Virus record (IMG/VR): IMGVR_UViG_3300047276_000505
Location: 1-57,682 of that record
Direction: 5' to 3' (one strand)
Source of the DNA: a virus
Lineage: Duplodnaviria > Caudoviricetes
DNA length: 57,682 bases
Positions 17,744-27,203 of this stretch are shown here, one piece after another. The notes beneath the pieces were generated by a model. That model did not search any database. It was not told where the DNA came from and worked only from the letters and a program-made list of their open reading frames with translations. Every line of letters begins with the position of its first letter. Position 1 is the first letter of the stretch. Position numbers and translations under genes: made by a program.

Positions 17744-19270
17744 GTGCCTGCATATCAGCATCTTGCCTACCGACGTAATGCGCGAGCGGCTGCACGCAGG
17801 CAACAGATTCGTCCACCAAAGAACCTGGAGACTCTTCAACAAGCCAGGGATGACTTTGGTTTCTTTTGTGATTATGTAGCAGATAAACCACCGGCCGAGC
17901 ATCACAAAGAATGGCACCGGCACTTTGTAACAAAAGAGGATAGTAATTGCCTCCTTAAGATTGCTGGACCCAACATCGATCTACTTGCACCACGGGGTTC
18001 GGCTAAAAGCACGATCCTTGGCCTGTTTACGGCGTGGGCTATTGGTGTACACACCATGGCCAAGAAGCCACTGCAGATTCTTTACTTGTCGTACACGGTT
18101 GATATTGCACGTTCTAAGTCTGCAACCATCAAACGAATCATTGAAAGCAAGCGATACCAAGAAGTCTTTCCTACCGTACGTCTTCTGAAAAACGTCACGA
18201 GTAATGAGTACTGGTCGATTGATCACAAGTTTGCTGGCATCGACACCACCGGTGAAGAACAATTCACACTCTGCGCCGCTGGTCTTAAAGGTTCGGTGAC
18301 CTCCAAGCGTTCTCACCTGGTCATCATTGATGACGCCATCAAATCCGCAGCGGACATCTCCAACCCTGACATTCGTAAACAGATGCAGGACAACTGGAAT
18401 GCTGTGATTGCACCCACCATGTTTGAAGGTGGTCGTGCCATTTGCCTTGGGACCCGTTTCCGTCATGACGACATTCATTCCACGACTTTCAACCCACAGA
18501 ACAACTGGATGCAGATTGTTCTCTCCGCCATCCTGAACGATCCCAAAACCGGAGAGGAAAAGTCGTATTGGCCGGAGATGTGGTCTCTGGACTACCTGCG
18601 GGAAAAGAAACGGCAGGCGCCGATTGCCTTCTCGTTCCAGTACATGAATCAGATCGTCAGACAGAACGAGCTGTCCCTGGCGCCAGAGCTAATTGTTAAG
18701 GCGGAGATCGCTACGGAATTTGATGCGCTTGGTGTGGGTGTGGACCTGTCGGCGGGCACGAAGGAGAAGAATGACTACACGGTGATGGTTCTGGGGGGAA
18801 GAATCGGAGATCAAGTGCACATCATTGATTACCGCCGTCTGCGCGTCATGGGCAACCTGGAAAAACTGGACGCCCTCAAGGAACTTCTGAATGATTGGTC
18901 AATCCTTGGCAAGGATGACAACGGTAATTACTTCCCAACTTACTCAACGTGTGACATCTGGAGTGAGGCGGTTCAGTACCAGGCATCATTGGAAGCTGAC
19001 TTCAAGCGTGTTTGTTTGAATAACGAAAGCCTTTACAACCTGATTTGGCATCCCGTCAAAGGTTTCCGTTCTGACAAGTTGGCACGCTTCCGTGGAATTA
19101 TGGGCATGTTCGAGGATCGCAAGATTATCTTTAATCGGTTCCGTAACTTCACGGCTATGTTTGAGGAATTAACTAACTTTGGTGTCAGTAGTCACGATGA
19201 CTGCGTAGACGCTTTGGTTTGGTTGGTGACCGGTCTGGCAAGAAAAGGTCAGCTCCAAATTGATTACTGA
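17744..19270 (+). CDS. terL: Terminase large subunit
   Basis: Walker A APRGSAKST, Walker B VIIDD, coupling motif LGTR, nuclease GVDLS...NDYT and HDDCVDA. Confidence 0.95.
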   Translation: MPAYQHLAYRRNARAAARRQQIRPPKNLETLQQARDDFGFFCDYVADKPPAEHHKEWHRHFVTKEDSNCLLKIAGPNIDLLAPRGSAKSTILGLFTAWAIGVHTMAKKPLQILYLSYTVDIARSKSATIKRIIESKRYQEVFPTVRLLKNVTSNEYWSIDHKFAGIDTTGEEQFTLCAAGLKGSVTSKRSHLVIIDDAIKSAADISNPDIRKQMQDNWNAVIAPTMFEGGRAICLGTRFRHDDIHSTTFNPQNNWMQIVLSAILNDPKTGEEKSYWPEMWSLDYLREKKRQAPIAFSFQYMNQIVRQNELSLAPELIVKAEIATEFDALGVGVDLSAGTKEKNDYTVMVLGGRIGDQVHIIDYRRLRVMGNLEKLDALKELLNDWSILGKDDNGNYFPTYSTCDIWSEAVQYQASLEADFKRVCLNNESLYNLIWHPVKGFRSDKLARFRGIMGMFEDRKIIFNRFRNFTAMFEELTNFGVSSHDDCVDALVWLVTGLARKGQLQIDY

Positions 19271-19302
19271 TTTTAGAATTAGAAGAAAAGTAATTCAGAT
19301 TC

Positions 19303-19596
19303 GTGGGTCCGGAATACATAGCCATTGGCTTAACAGCCATTATTTCCGCAATTACTGGCGGGGGTTGGGCTGCTAACCGATTACTTGACCGTCAACGCGA
19401 ACGCATCCAACAAGCGTTTGATTACACCGGATCCCAAAAACGGAGGATTGACCTTTTGGAAGATCAAATTAATCGCATGCCAATGGAGTATGTACTTAAG
19501 GTTGACTTCCTAAGGGAGATCCAAGAAATGCACAATAATTTTCGCGAAATAAATAATAAGCTTGATAAGCTAATGGAAAAGATTTTGTCCAAATGA
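19303..19596 (+). CDS. TM plus coiled-coil small protein
   Basis: N-terminal TM IAIGLTAIISAITGGGW followed by a coiled coil. Confidence 0.7.
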   Translation: MGPEYIAIGLTAIISAITGGGWAANRLLDRQRERIQQAFDYTGSQKRRIDLLEDQINRMPMEYVLKVDFLREIQEMHNNFREINNKLDKLMEKILSK

Positions 19597-19775
19597 CCTA
19601 CGTCGTTGAAGTACAAGAAGACGAGAACGGAGATCAGTTCATCGTCTTACCAGACGAAGTAATCGAAGACCTTGGCTGGTTAGAAGGCGATCTACTTAAC
19701 TGGGACGTACGTGGTGAAGGCATCATCCTTTCCAAAGTAAACGATCCGTCTGGCTACGAAGTTATAGAAGACTAA
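19593..19775 (+). CDS. AbrB/MazE-like small DNA-binding protein
   Basis: FIVLPDEVIEDLGWLEGDLLNW swapped-hairpin motif. Confidence 0.7.
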   Translation: MTYVVEVQEDENGDQFIVLPDEVIEDLGWLEGDLLNWDVRGEGIILSKVNDPSGYEVIED

Positions 19776-19799
19776 AATAAAAAGATCAAGGAAGAGGGC

Positions 19800-20018
19800 A
19801 TGGAACTAGCGGGACGTTATTTTGGTACTGGTTTTGATTCGGCACCGATCATGATTATGATGCCAGTAGAGCCAGAGCAAGAAATGTCAACGAAGCCCTT
19901 TGAGACAATGGGCGGCGTAACATCTCCCCGTGTGCCTTCCCCTCTGAAAGCATATGAGTACATGGCGGCCCGTAGGCCTCCAGGCAAATTCTCAACGGCA
20001 CCAAAACAAAAGCGTTAA
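19800..20018 (+). CDS. Hypothetical protein (72 aa) starting MELAGRY
   Basis: TAAAAT at 19773 and purine-rich SD. Confidence 0.6.
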   Translation: MELAGRYFGTGFDSAPIMIMMPVEPEQEMSTKPFETMGGVTSPRVPSPLKAYEYMAARRPPGKFSTAPKQKR

Positions 20019-20059
20019 AGGATAGCGCAGTAAAATAGAAAGATTGCAGTAAGCCAAAG

Positions 20060-20401
20060 ATGACAGTTCGTTATTACGGAGAACAAAACGTACCGGGTGC
20101 ACCTGGCCAAACTTTTTTGGCTGGTAATCCAAGTTTTGATATTAATCGTCGCCAAGGAGCCTTGGGTGGCCGTTCTGGCGAACAACTTAAGCGTCTTTAT
20201 GAGGGCGGTACCCAACAGAATCAGCAGTTAAACGAAGAGTTACGTCTTCGTAATCTTCTTCCAGGCGTTCAATTACCTATGTCCATGGGTGGCATGCAGC
20301 CAATGGGTAATGCAGGCGCATTTGTCGATAACGCTCAAATGTTTATGGGGCCTCAGTTTGGTCAAATGCCAGTGGGTTTCCAGAACAAGTTTGTTTCCTG
20401 A
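20060..20401 (+). CDS. Hypothetical Gly/Gln/Met-rich protein
   Basis: TAAAAT at 20031. Confidence 0.65.
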   Translation: MTVRYYGEQNVPGAPGQTFLAGNPSFDINRRQGALGGRSGEQLKRLYEGGTQQNQQLNEELRLRNLLPGVQLPMSMGGMQPMGNAGAFVDNAQMFMGPQFGQMPVGFQNKFVS

Positions 20402-20437
20402 AAACTGCTACCATTAAAGAAAAAGAGGAAATAGTTA

Positions 20438-22726
20438 ATGGCCGACGCCAAAGCCAGGCTTCAAGAAATCATCAACGCTTATCTTGATAAAGATAGCAAT
20501 ATTGTTGTTGATACTGGCATTGTGGCGGCTCACATCGCCCAGATGAAACTTTTTGGTATTCGTCAGGGCGTTGAGTTTTTCCCCGGTCAAGATAACTTCG
20601 GTGCACAGCGCAAAGATTTTATCGACCGGGTGTTGAAGTACAACCGGATGGATACGCGCCTGGATTCCATCTGGGAGTATTTCCTTTGTGATGGCCAGGG
20701 CCTTTTCTACATCCGCCCAACCAAAGCAAACTATCGCCTCTATTACTTCCGTCAACATGAGTACCGTGCGTACTACAACGTTGATGGAGAACTGGATGAA
20801 GTGGTGATTATCTACAGTTATAAGGTCAAGCGTGGAAACGGTTTTGGCGATCAAATTAATACTACTAACCTGACCGGCAACCAAAGTACTTACAACCCTG
20901 GGGCAAAGCGTTATATCCGTCTATCGATCAAAGCAAACGAAATCGAAGAAACCCATTCAGAATCCGAACTGACGTTCGACATGCCGACGTATTCCATCAC
21001 TGGTAATACCAAACAACTCAAGAATTCTCTGGGCTTCATTCCTTGTGTTGAGATTCTCAATAATCCACAAGGTTTCTCGTCCGAGGGTGTTGGTGAGTTT
21101 GATTCCATGGCGAATCACATTGTCACCCATGACGACTTAATGCGAACTATTCGCAAGAACATCACATTCTTCGGTAACCCAACGCTGCTTTCCTCCAGGC
21201 CCAAGACCGATCTGATTGAGTCCGGTGGCGATGGCATGGTCCAGCGTCCATCAATTGCAGCAAACTCTGGTTTTGCCAGCCCATCACCGATGAGTCGGTC
21301 GATGTTTAAGGCCGATCCTGTTAGCCGTGGTGTTGACGGTCAACTTCGTGTTCCACGCGTTATCGCAAACCTGGAGCCAAACGACCGTGTTGGTTACATC
21401 GTTCCTGATGCAATTACTGGTGACCAGAATGCTTTTGCCCGGCAGTACCGCGAGGAAATTCGTACTGCTCTTGGCGGTGTGGATGAGCTGTCGATTTCTG
21501 CTGGTGTTACTGCAACTGAATACAAATCCCTATTTGGGCGCGTCGCTGCGACATCTAAGAAAAAAGCAAATGCCATTTATACCCACGGCATCTGTAGGTG
21601 CCTTGAGTTAATTATTTATCAGGAAGAACAACTCTTCCGTTCCACACTTGCAGCTGCAGCTGGAATTGAGAAGCCAGTGCCTCTGCCTCCTGGTGCACCA
21701 CCGGATGCTGAGCAAGGTTATCAGGATGCTCTTCAGGCTTATAACGACCAGCTCAAAAAGCTTATGATGGCTTTAATTGAGACCCAGATGATTCCACCTG
21801 GGGTTACTGGTCTCATTCCTGATGGTGATGTCACCGTTCAGTGGCGTTGGTTAGGTCCTGTTTATGAGGACTCAACCCAAGACGTGCTCAACAACTCAAT
21901 TGTTGTAAGAAATTTGCAAGAGTTAGGTGTTGATAGCATTGAAGCACTGAAATACCTCTTCCCGTCTAAGACGGATGAGGAACGGGCCTCGATGCTCTCG
22001 GGGTTCCCGTTCAGGATGGTGAACGAATTACAGGGTGCATACTCTCAGTTCGCTCGCCTTGTGGGGGGAATGATGCAAACTCCCCACCCGCAGGCACCGG
22101 ATCTACCGATGGCTGCGGATCCAAGATTGGATTTAACTCCATATCTGTATCGCACCTTAGAAGCTCTACAAAAGGAGATGAGTTATGCAGGACGCTACCG
22201 TCCAATCGATCCCACAGACGAGCCAAGTTCCGGCAGCGGTGGCTCCCAGCAGCTACGTGGCACCGGCACCCAGCAGCTACCAAGCAGCTCCGGCCCCACA
22301 GGCAGCTCCAGTGGCGTATCAAGTGGGTACGAGTTACCCCCAAGCCGTTCCGCAGGCGGCCCCCAGCTACCAATCCGCCCCTACTCAGTACGCCCCCCAA
22401 TCCCAGTCGGAGGCTCCGAGCAGCCCATGGGAATCGGCGTTCAACAAGGTGGTGAACCTGCTGAGCAGTCCAGTTCAATCCCCGTTCCAGGGTCAACAAT
22501 CTCCGACGACTCAGTACAGTCCAGCCAACTACGGTCTGGCCAGCGGCCAACCTACGCAACAATCGGCTCCGCAGACCTGGCAAGCCAACCAGACATTCTC
22601 GCCCAACTCTTCCCCAACCTCCTCCAATCTATCCTTGGAGCAGGTGTCGGAACTCCTGGGGTGGAGCCCGGAAAGCCAGTACGTGGTAAGCGCGTACGGT
22701 CTGGAAGCACCCGCAATCCTAAATAA
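20438..22726 (+). CDS. Portal protein with a long low-complexity C-terminal tail
   Basis: Position between TerL and scaffold/MCP; size; motifs GFIPCVEI.N.P...G.GEF and V.WRW.GP. Confidence 0.8.
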   Translation: MADAKARLQEIINAYLDKDSNIVVDTGIVAAHIAQMKLFGIRQGVEFFPGQDNFGAQRKDFIDRVLKYNRMDTRLDSIWEYFLCDGQGLFYIRPTKANYRLYYFRQHEYRAYYNVDGELDEVVIIYSYKVKRGNGFGDQINTTNLTGNQSTYNPGAKRYIRLSIKANEIEETHSESELTFDMPTYSITGNTKQLKNSLGFIPCVEILNNPQGFSSEGVGEFDSMANHIVTHDDLMRTIRKNITFFGNPTLLSSRPKTDLIESGGDGMVQRPSIAANSGFASPSPMSRSMFKADPVSRGVDGQLRVPRVIANLEPNDRVGYIVPDAITGDQNAFARQYREEIRTALGGVDELSISAGVTATEYKSLFGRVAATSKKKANAIYTHGICRCLELIIYQEEQLFRSTLAAAAGIEKPVPLPPGAPPDAEQGYQDALQAYNDQLKKLMMALIETQMIPPGVTGLIPDGDVTVQWRWLGPVYEDSTQDVLNNSIVVRNLQELGVDSIEALKYLFPSKTDEERASMLSGFPFRMVNELQGAYSQFARLVGGMMQTPHPQAPDLPMAADPRLDLTPYLYRTLEALQKEMSYAGRYRPIDPTDEPSSGSGGSQQLRGTGTQQLPSSSGPTGSSSGVSSGYELPPSRSAGGPQLPIRPYSVRPPIPVGGSEQPMGIGVQQGGEPAEQSSSIPVPGSTISDDSVQSSQLRSGQRPTYATIGSADLASQPDILAQLFPNLLQSILGAGVGTPGVEPGKPVRGKRVRSGSTRNPK

Positions 22727-23150
22727 CTATGCTCTCCAACTGGAGAACATGCTGGATAGCGCTGTCACCTGGGGCACTGAAGCCAAGGGTCTGATCGAAC
22801 AGTACGCTGAGTTCGCTGTGAACGAGCGTCAGGAGAACCAGGCTTACAACGAGATCCTGACCAATCCTGACATCCTGAGCGATTACACGCTGCAGTTCTT
22901 TGGCCCCGAAGGTCCGTACCCTGTGTACGAAAACGAGCAGGAACTGGTGACCCCTGGTTACCCGACCCAGCAAGTGGATCCGAACGCCAACTACATGCCG
23001 GCTCCTCCTTCCGCTGCTGCCCCTCAGCAGCCCGAGAACTTCTGGGGTACCTTCAAACAACAGATGGATTACGATCCTTCGCAAGCATGGCGGATTCTGA
23101 ACCAGGCTCAGCCTCAGGTTGTTGCTAACAAACTATTTGTGATGGAGTGA
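22185..23150 (+). CDS. Putative capsid scaffolding protein
   Basis: AGGAG SD; Pro/Gln/Ala-rich and acidic; lies before the MCP. Confidence 0.7.
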   Translation: MQDATVQSIPQTSQVPAAVAPSSYVAPAPSSYQAAPAPQAAPVAYQVGTSYPQAVPQAAPSYQSAPTQYAPQSQSEAPSSPWESAFNKVVNLLSSPVQSPFQGQQSPTTQYSPANYGLASGQPTQQSAPQTWQANQTFSPNSSPTSSNLSLEQVSELLGWSPESQYVVSAYGLEAPAILNNYALQLENMLDSAVTWGTEAKGLIEQYAEFAVNERQENQAYNEILTNPDILSDYTLQFFGPEGPYPVYENEQELVTPGYPTQQVDPNANYMPAPPSAAAPQQPENFWGTFKQQMDYDPSQAWRILNQAQPQVVANKLFVME

Positions 23151-23154
23151 TGCC

Positions 23155-23754
23155 ATGCGTGGCGCTCTTAAATATGGTGTGCCAATTGCTGCTGGTTTAG
23201 GACTGGCGGCTTATGGTGCTCAACAAGGAGCTACGCCAGGAGAAGCTGCACTGATGGGTGGCGGTGCCGCCCTCGGTGGTGCAGCAGGTCTTCTTGGTGC
23301 TCGCGCACTTGCTGGTAAGTACAACCCTGCGTTGATTGCAGCAGCACAAAAAAGCGTAACCGGTCTTGGCAACAAGATTGGTGACGTTGCCCGCGATTTA
23401 CCTGAAAAAGGTTTACGTCGTGCAGCTGCTAATGTCGCAGCTGATGTTACTTCTGCAGTTGATACTCGCCTTTTTGGTGATCCCAACGCTGGTATTTCTG
23501 CGGCGATTCCTTTCCCAACCCAAGGCGTCCAACGTAATATTGGCAAAGGCATTGCTGCTGGCTTAGTACCAGCTTCTGCTTTAGCTGCTGGTATTGGTGG
23601 TGCTGCGGCTGCCCAAATTCCAGGTGCACTTGGCGTTCCAGGATTTGCGCCTCAACCGATTGACTTAGGTACGGATCTTATTGATCCCGAATCCTATGGT
23701 TCCAGCAACTCTTTGGGTGCTCGTTACAAGGCCCCAACTATGCAGTACGTGTAA
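23155..23754 (+). CDS. Ala/Gly-rich putative membrane-active virion protein
   Basis: Glycine-zipper helices; contains LAGKY. Confidence 0.7.
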   Translation: MRGALKYGVPIAAGLGLAAYGAQQGATPGEAALMGGGAALGGAAGLLGARALAGKYNPALIAAAQKSVTGLGNKIGDVARDLPEKGLRRAAANVAADVTSAVDTRLFGDPNAGISAAIPFPTQGVQRNIGKGIAAGLVPASALAAGIGGAAAAQIPGALGVPGFAPQPIDLGTDLIDPESYGSSNSLGARYKAPTMQYV

Positions 23755-23852
23755 CTTTTAAGTTCACTACCTGCTAAAATTTGTGTTAGATAAGACGTAA
23801 ATGTCTTTATCTTTCACCCGATAAAAACATCGACACTGGAGGATAAACCAAG

Positions 23853-23864
23853 GTGTTTATTGAT
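23853..23864 (+). CDS. Major capsid protein, exon 1 (MFID)
   Basis: GGAGG SD at 23838-23842, GTG TTT ATT GAT; in-frame TAG two codons into the intron; joins in frame to exon 2. Confidence 0.85.
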
Positions 23865-24689
23865 AGCTAGTTCAGATCCTGGTAGGTATAACCTTTCAAG
23901 ATTTGGTAAATAGCTCCGTGGTTGCAGTCAAACTTTTCCGCAATCTTTCGATAAGAAAGTCCTGCTTCTTTTAAAGCTTTGATCTGAGCCACATCCTCCG
24001 AAGAAAATTTTCTCAAAGATTTCTTCGGTGCTCCTTTACTGGCAAAGCCATTGTTTTTATAACAACCGCTCTTCCAGGCTCTTGTTAAATTCTCTTGTTT
24101 GGTAACGATCTCAAGATTGTCAAGTCGATTATTCCTCTTGTCGTTATCTTTGTGATCAACTTGCAGGGAAAAGTTACTGGTTCCGTGAGAACGCAGATCT
24201 AATCCCAAAAAAGCAACAGCCATCAAGACATGAAGATGAAAACGCTTTCTCTTCCCATCGACAAGAACTGAAACACGGTCATAAACACTGGTCGAACGAA
24301 TTGGGATCTCTTGAAAATATTCTTGGTTATCGGGATCAAGTTGTTTTTCAAAAGCTTTTCCTTCTTCTGTTAAGTAAAGATTACCAAATCCAGGGACAAG
24401 TTTTGGATCCATGTTGTTCATGAACAGCTTTCCAAAGCGTAACATACCTCAACTGAACGCTCAACGTTGTCACCCCACCGAGCAATCGATGGGTGCAAAC
24501 CGGATGAATTCAGGGAAGCCCTAACGTAAAGACGAGGGTAATCCTGAGCCAAGCCAATCAAGTCGTGATTGGAAGGTGCAGAGACTACTGGGTGTAACAC
24601 GATCTTGTTACGTAATACCAGATTTAGCGTCCGGCATCCCACAGGGATGAAGAGATAGTCCACCCCTCTAAGAAACTAGAGACCAGGAG
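23865..24689 (+). ncRNA. Group I self-splicing intron (IC3-like)
   Basis: Exon ends in U and intron ends in G; core elements AATTCAGGGAA (P), AATCCTGAGC (Q), GTGCAGAGACT (R), AAGAGATAGTCC (S); IGS CGTTGTCA at 24465-24472 pairs with both exons. Confidence 0.92.
23867..24445 (-). CDS. Intron-encoded HNH homing endonuclease with C-terminal HTH, antisense to the intron
   Basis: HVLMAVAFL...VDHKDNDKRNNRLDNLEIVTKQEN; SYRKIAEKFDCNHGAIYQI. Confidence 0.9.
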   Translation of the reverse strand: MLRFGKLFMNNMDPKLVPGFGNLYLTEEGKAFEKQLDPDNQEYFQEIPIRSTSVYDRVSVLVDGKRKRFHLHVLMAVAFLGLDLRSHGTSNFSLQVDHKDNDKRNNRLDNLEIVTKQENLTRAWKSGCYKNNGFASKGAPKKSLRKFSSEDVAQIKALKEAGLSYRKIAEKFDCNHGAIYQILKGYTYQDLN

Positions 24690-25841
24690 AACGACTTTCC
24701 AAAGATTCTGGGTGCGGAACTTTACCGTCCTCACCCTGCTTACATTGCTGAAATGGCAGTGGAGCCTGTGGTGGTCCACGACTTCACCCGTCAGCCTGGT
24801 CAAACCGTTCAGTTAGACCGCTATAAGTTCTGGGGTACCCCTGGTACTAAGGACAGCCGTGAGCGCGTGTCCGACCAGACCATCGGTACGGCCAACAGCC
24901 GTAACATCACCAAGGAGAAAGTCCTGGTGGTGCTTAAGGAGTACACCGGTCCTGCGGATCCGGGCGACCCCACCCAGCCTTCGACCTTTAAGATCGCTCG
25001 TGAAACTCTGATTACCGCCCAGCGCCTGCTGCTGGACACCGGTAACCTGAACATGTTCCACCAGTCGATCGGCAGCCTGACCCTGCTCGACGACTATCGC
25101 CGTTGGCGTGACCGCGTCTTCATTGACGAACTTGCCAAAGCAGAAGCTAATGGTGCTGCTGGCACTACCCAAGGCGGCTACTACTTCGCTGGTGGCAAGA
25201 CCAAGGATTCCTCTGGTCGCGTGTCCTACACCACCACTGAGTACGGCAACGAAGTTCAGCAGTTCCAGGTTCGTACCGACCTGCTGACCGTTGTTAAGGA
25301 TCTGCGTAAGCGCAACGTGCCGACCTTCGCTGATGGTCTGTATCGCTGCATCTGCGATCCTACTTTCATGATGCACCTGCGTCGTGATCCTGACTTCCGT
25401 GAGATCGCTCGCTACAGCGGCAACCCTGGCCAAGGCATGTACATGGGCAACCCCATGATGCCTAACAACGCCAGCTTCTACATGGGTCCCCAAGCTGGTC
25501 AGGGTTACTTCCTGGCTGGTGAGCCCGTGATGCCTACTGGCGTCCAGTTTGAAGGCGTGAAGTTCTTCGAGTCGACCAACTTCCCGGTCAAGAACGTGAC
25601 CGCCTCCTTCGACGGTGGTTCCACCTACGCTTCCAAGGAAGTGGCTCAGGGTTACTTCTTCGGTCCTCAGTCCGTTGGCGTGGGTATCGGCGGTCCTAAC
25701 GCGCAGGTGCTCATCAACAACAACGATGACTTCAGCCGCTTCATCATCCTGATCTGGCAACTGTACGCTGGTTTCGAGATCCTGAACAAGGACTTCGTGA
25801 CCACCGCCTTCAGCTTCGTCCAGGACGACGGCACCGTCTGA
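24690..25841 (+). CDS. Major capsid protein, exon 2 (spliced product about 387 aa)
   Basis: NDFPKILGAELYRPHPAYIAEM continues into the 362-aa ORF; strong codon bias; follows portal and scaffold. Confidence 0.85.
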   Translation, partial: NDFPKILGAELYRPHPAYIAEMAVEPVVVHDFTRQPGQTVQLDRYKFWGTPGTKDSRERVSDQTIGTANSRNITKEKVLVVLKEYTGPADPGDPTQPSTFKIARETLITAQRLLLDTGNLNMFHQSIGSLTLLDDYRRWRDRVFIDELAKAEANGAAGTTQGGYYFAGGKTKDSSGRVSYTTTEYGNEVQQFQVRTDLLTVVKDLRKRNVPTFADGLYRCICDPTFMMHLRRDPDFREIARYSGNPGQGMYMGNPMMPNNASFYMGPQAGQGYFLAGEPVMPTGVQFEGVKFFESTNFPVKNVTASFDGGSTYASKEVAQGYFFGPQSVGVGIGGPNAQVLINNNDDFSRFIILIWQLYAGFEILNKDFVTTAFSFVQDDGTV

Positions 25842-25877
25842 TAATCAACCATAAATCCACAACATAGGAAAAGATAA

Positions 25878-26669
25878 ATGACCTATTTGTCCGCTAAAAA
25901 AATCTATCCAGGTAACTGGGCAGAGCCTCTGAACGGTTGGTACAAGAACATCGATAACGATGGTAATGGTACCAATGATGGTTCCAAGGGTGGCCCCACT
26001 TCGGTGCTGGCCGTCCCTGGTTATCGCTACTTCCAGCAGCGTGGTTATGTCCCTGTGACTACCACCTCTGGTGCAGGTGCAGTTGCTTCCGGCAGCGTGA
26101 TCGTTCCTTCCCCTTATCGGAATGACGATACCCGTACCGACATCACCGGCATGGTGATCTCTGGTAACAGCACCCTGCCTGCTTATGTGTATCGCGCCGC
26201 TGTTTCCGTGGCCTCTGGTTGGGGTGACGGTCGTGTTGCTTCCGGTATCTACGCTGCTACCGGCAACGTGATCACCTTCGGTCCTGGCCTGACCTCCACC
26301 GGTACCGCTGGTGAGGCTGTGGCCCAAGCCAACCTGACCTCCACCACTGCTGGTGCACAAGGCGGCGAAATCTTCTTTGCTGGTGGTTCTGCTGCTTACA
26401 GCGCCAACGCTCTTCTCACCGCTACCGGCGCCGCAGGTGTTGGTGTGGATAAGGTGTACAAAGTGGTGACTGCTGCCACTACCTACACCGTGCAGGCCCG
26501 TGGTTCGCAGACCGCTACCTCCACTTCCGGTGGCTGGTACATCTCCAACGATGACTCCAACGCTGGCCGCACTGGTTACTTCGTAGTTGAAGTGTGCTAC
26601 ATCCAACCTGATGAAGCACCTGGCTACGAGGATATCGACGGCTACCTGCTTGGTCGCACCGTCAGCTGA
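25878..26669 (+). CDS. Abundant structural protein (capsid decoration or tail)
   Basis: Directly after the MCP with the same strong codon bias; beta-rich. Confidence 0.65.
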   Translation: MTYLSAKKIYPGNWAEPLNGWYKNIDNDGNGTNDGSKGGPTSVLAVPGYRYFQQRGYVPVTTTSGAGAVASGSVIVPSPYRNDDTRTDITGMVISGNSTLPAYVYRAAVSVASGWGDGRVASGIYAATGNVITFGPGLTSTGTAGEAVAQANLTSTTAGAQGGEIFFAGGSAAYSANALLTATGAAGVGVDKVYKVVTAATTYTVQARGSQTATSTSGGWYISNDDSNAGRTGYFVVEVCYIQPDEAPGYEDIDGYLLGRTVS

Positions 26670-26704
26670 TTGAGTTAAACTAGGACCAGTAAATAACTGG
26701 TCCT

Positions 26705-27133
26705 ATGACAACTCTTCCAGCGATGCTTTTTCAGCATAAAAAAACTGGGGCTCGTGTCAAAGTTGTAAGTGAATGGGATAACGGCGATTGGTTCATGGTC
26801 GAAGATCAGGACGGTCGCCTTTTCACCGTTTATAAAAACGAGATCGAGCCCGACGAAGCGGCAACCAAAAAGGTTCAGACCCTTCAGGTAAAAGATAAAG
26901 CAGCAAAGGAAGAGCCTCGTACTTTCCCCCCGGACAACCGTTTAAATATCAATGGCGCTACCGCCCAAATGATCGCTGATCATATTAAGGGTATCGGATT
27001 GAAAACAGCCCGTGAGATTAAAGATCTTCAGATGTCCTTATCGGGTGAAAGGTTCAACAATCTCGAACAGTTAAGGCAAATTAAGCGTGTTGATTGGGAT
27101 GCTGTTCTTGCCGCTGATCTTATTCGCGTCTGA
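26705..27133 (+). CDS. Helix-hairpin-helix (ComEA-like) domain protein
   Basis: RLNINGATAQMIADHIKGIGLKTAREI...FNNLEQLRQI. Confidence 0.8.
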   Translation: MTTLPAMLFQHKKTGARVKVVSEWDNGDWFMVEDQDGRLFTVYKNEIEPDEAATKKVQTLQVKDKAAKEEPRTFPPDNRLNINGATAQMIADHIKGIGLKTAREIKDLQMSLSGERFNNLEQLRQIKRVDWDAVLAADLIRV

Positions 27134-27151
27134 TACACTCATCTCCTCCTC

Positions 27152-27177
27152 AAGCCCCTGGGAAACCGGGGGTTTTT
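27152..27177 (+). terminator. Rho-independent terminator
   Basis: GCCCCTGG-GAAA-CCGGGGGT followed by TTTT. Confidence 0.8.
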
Positions 27178-27203
27178 CAGTCTTAAAATAAAAAGAAAAA
27201 GAT

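Noticed and set aside
17744-19270. Intein or intron in the terminase (also considered for the primase)
   Set aside because: Lengths are normal, motifs are contiguous and no splice-junction motifs were seen.
24753-24755. ORF-track start of the major capsid protein (MAVEP)
   Set aside because: It has no SD, the frame is open upstream through the intron 3' splice site, and a 4-codon exon with GGAGG exists at 23853.
24813-26606. Long antisense ORFs over the capsid and decoration genes (also those over TerL, GT4 and primase)
   Set aside because: These are shadow frames expected from strong codon bias and have no recognisable motifs.
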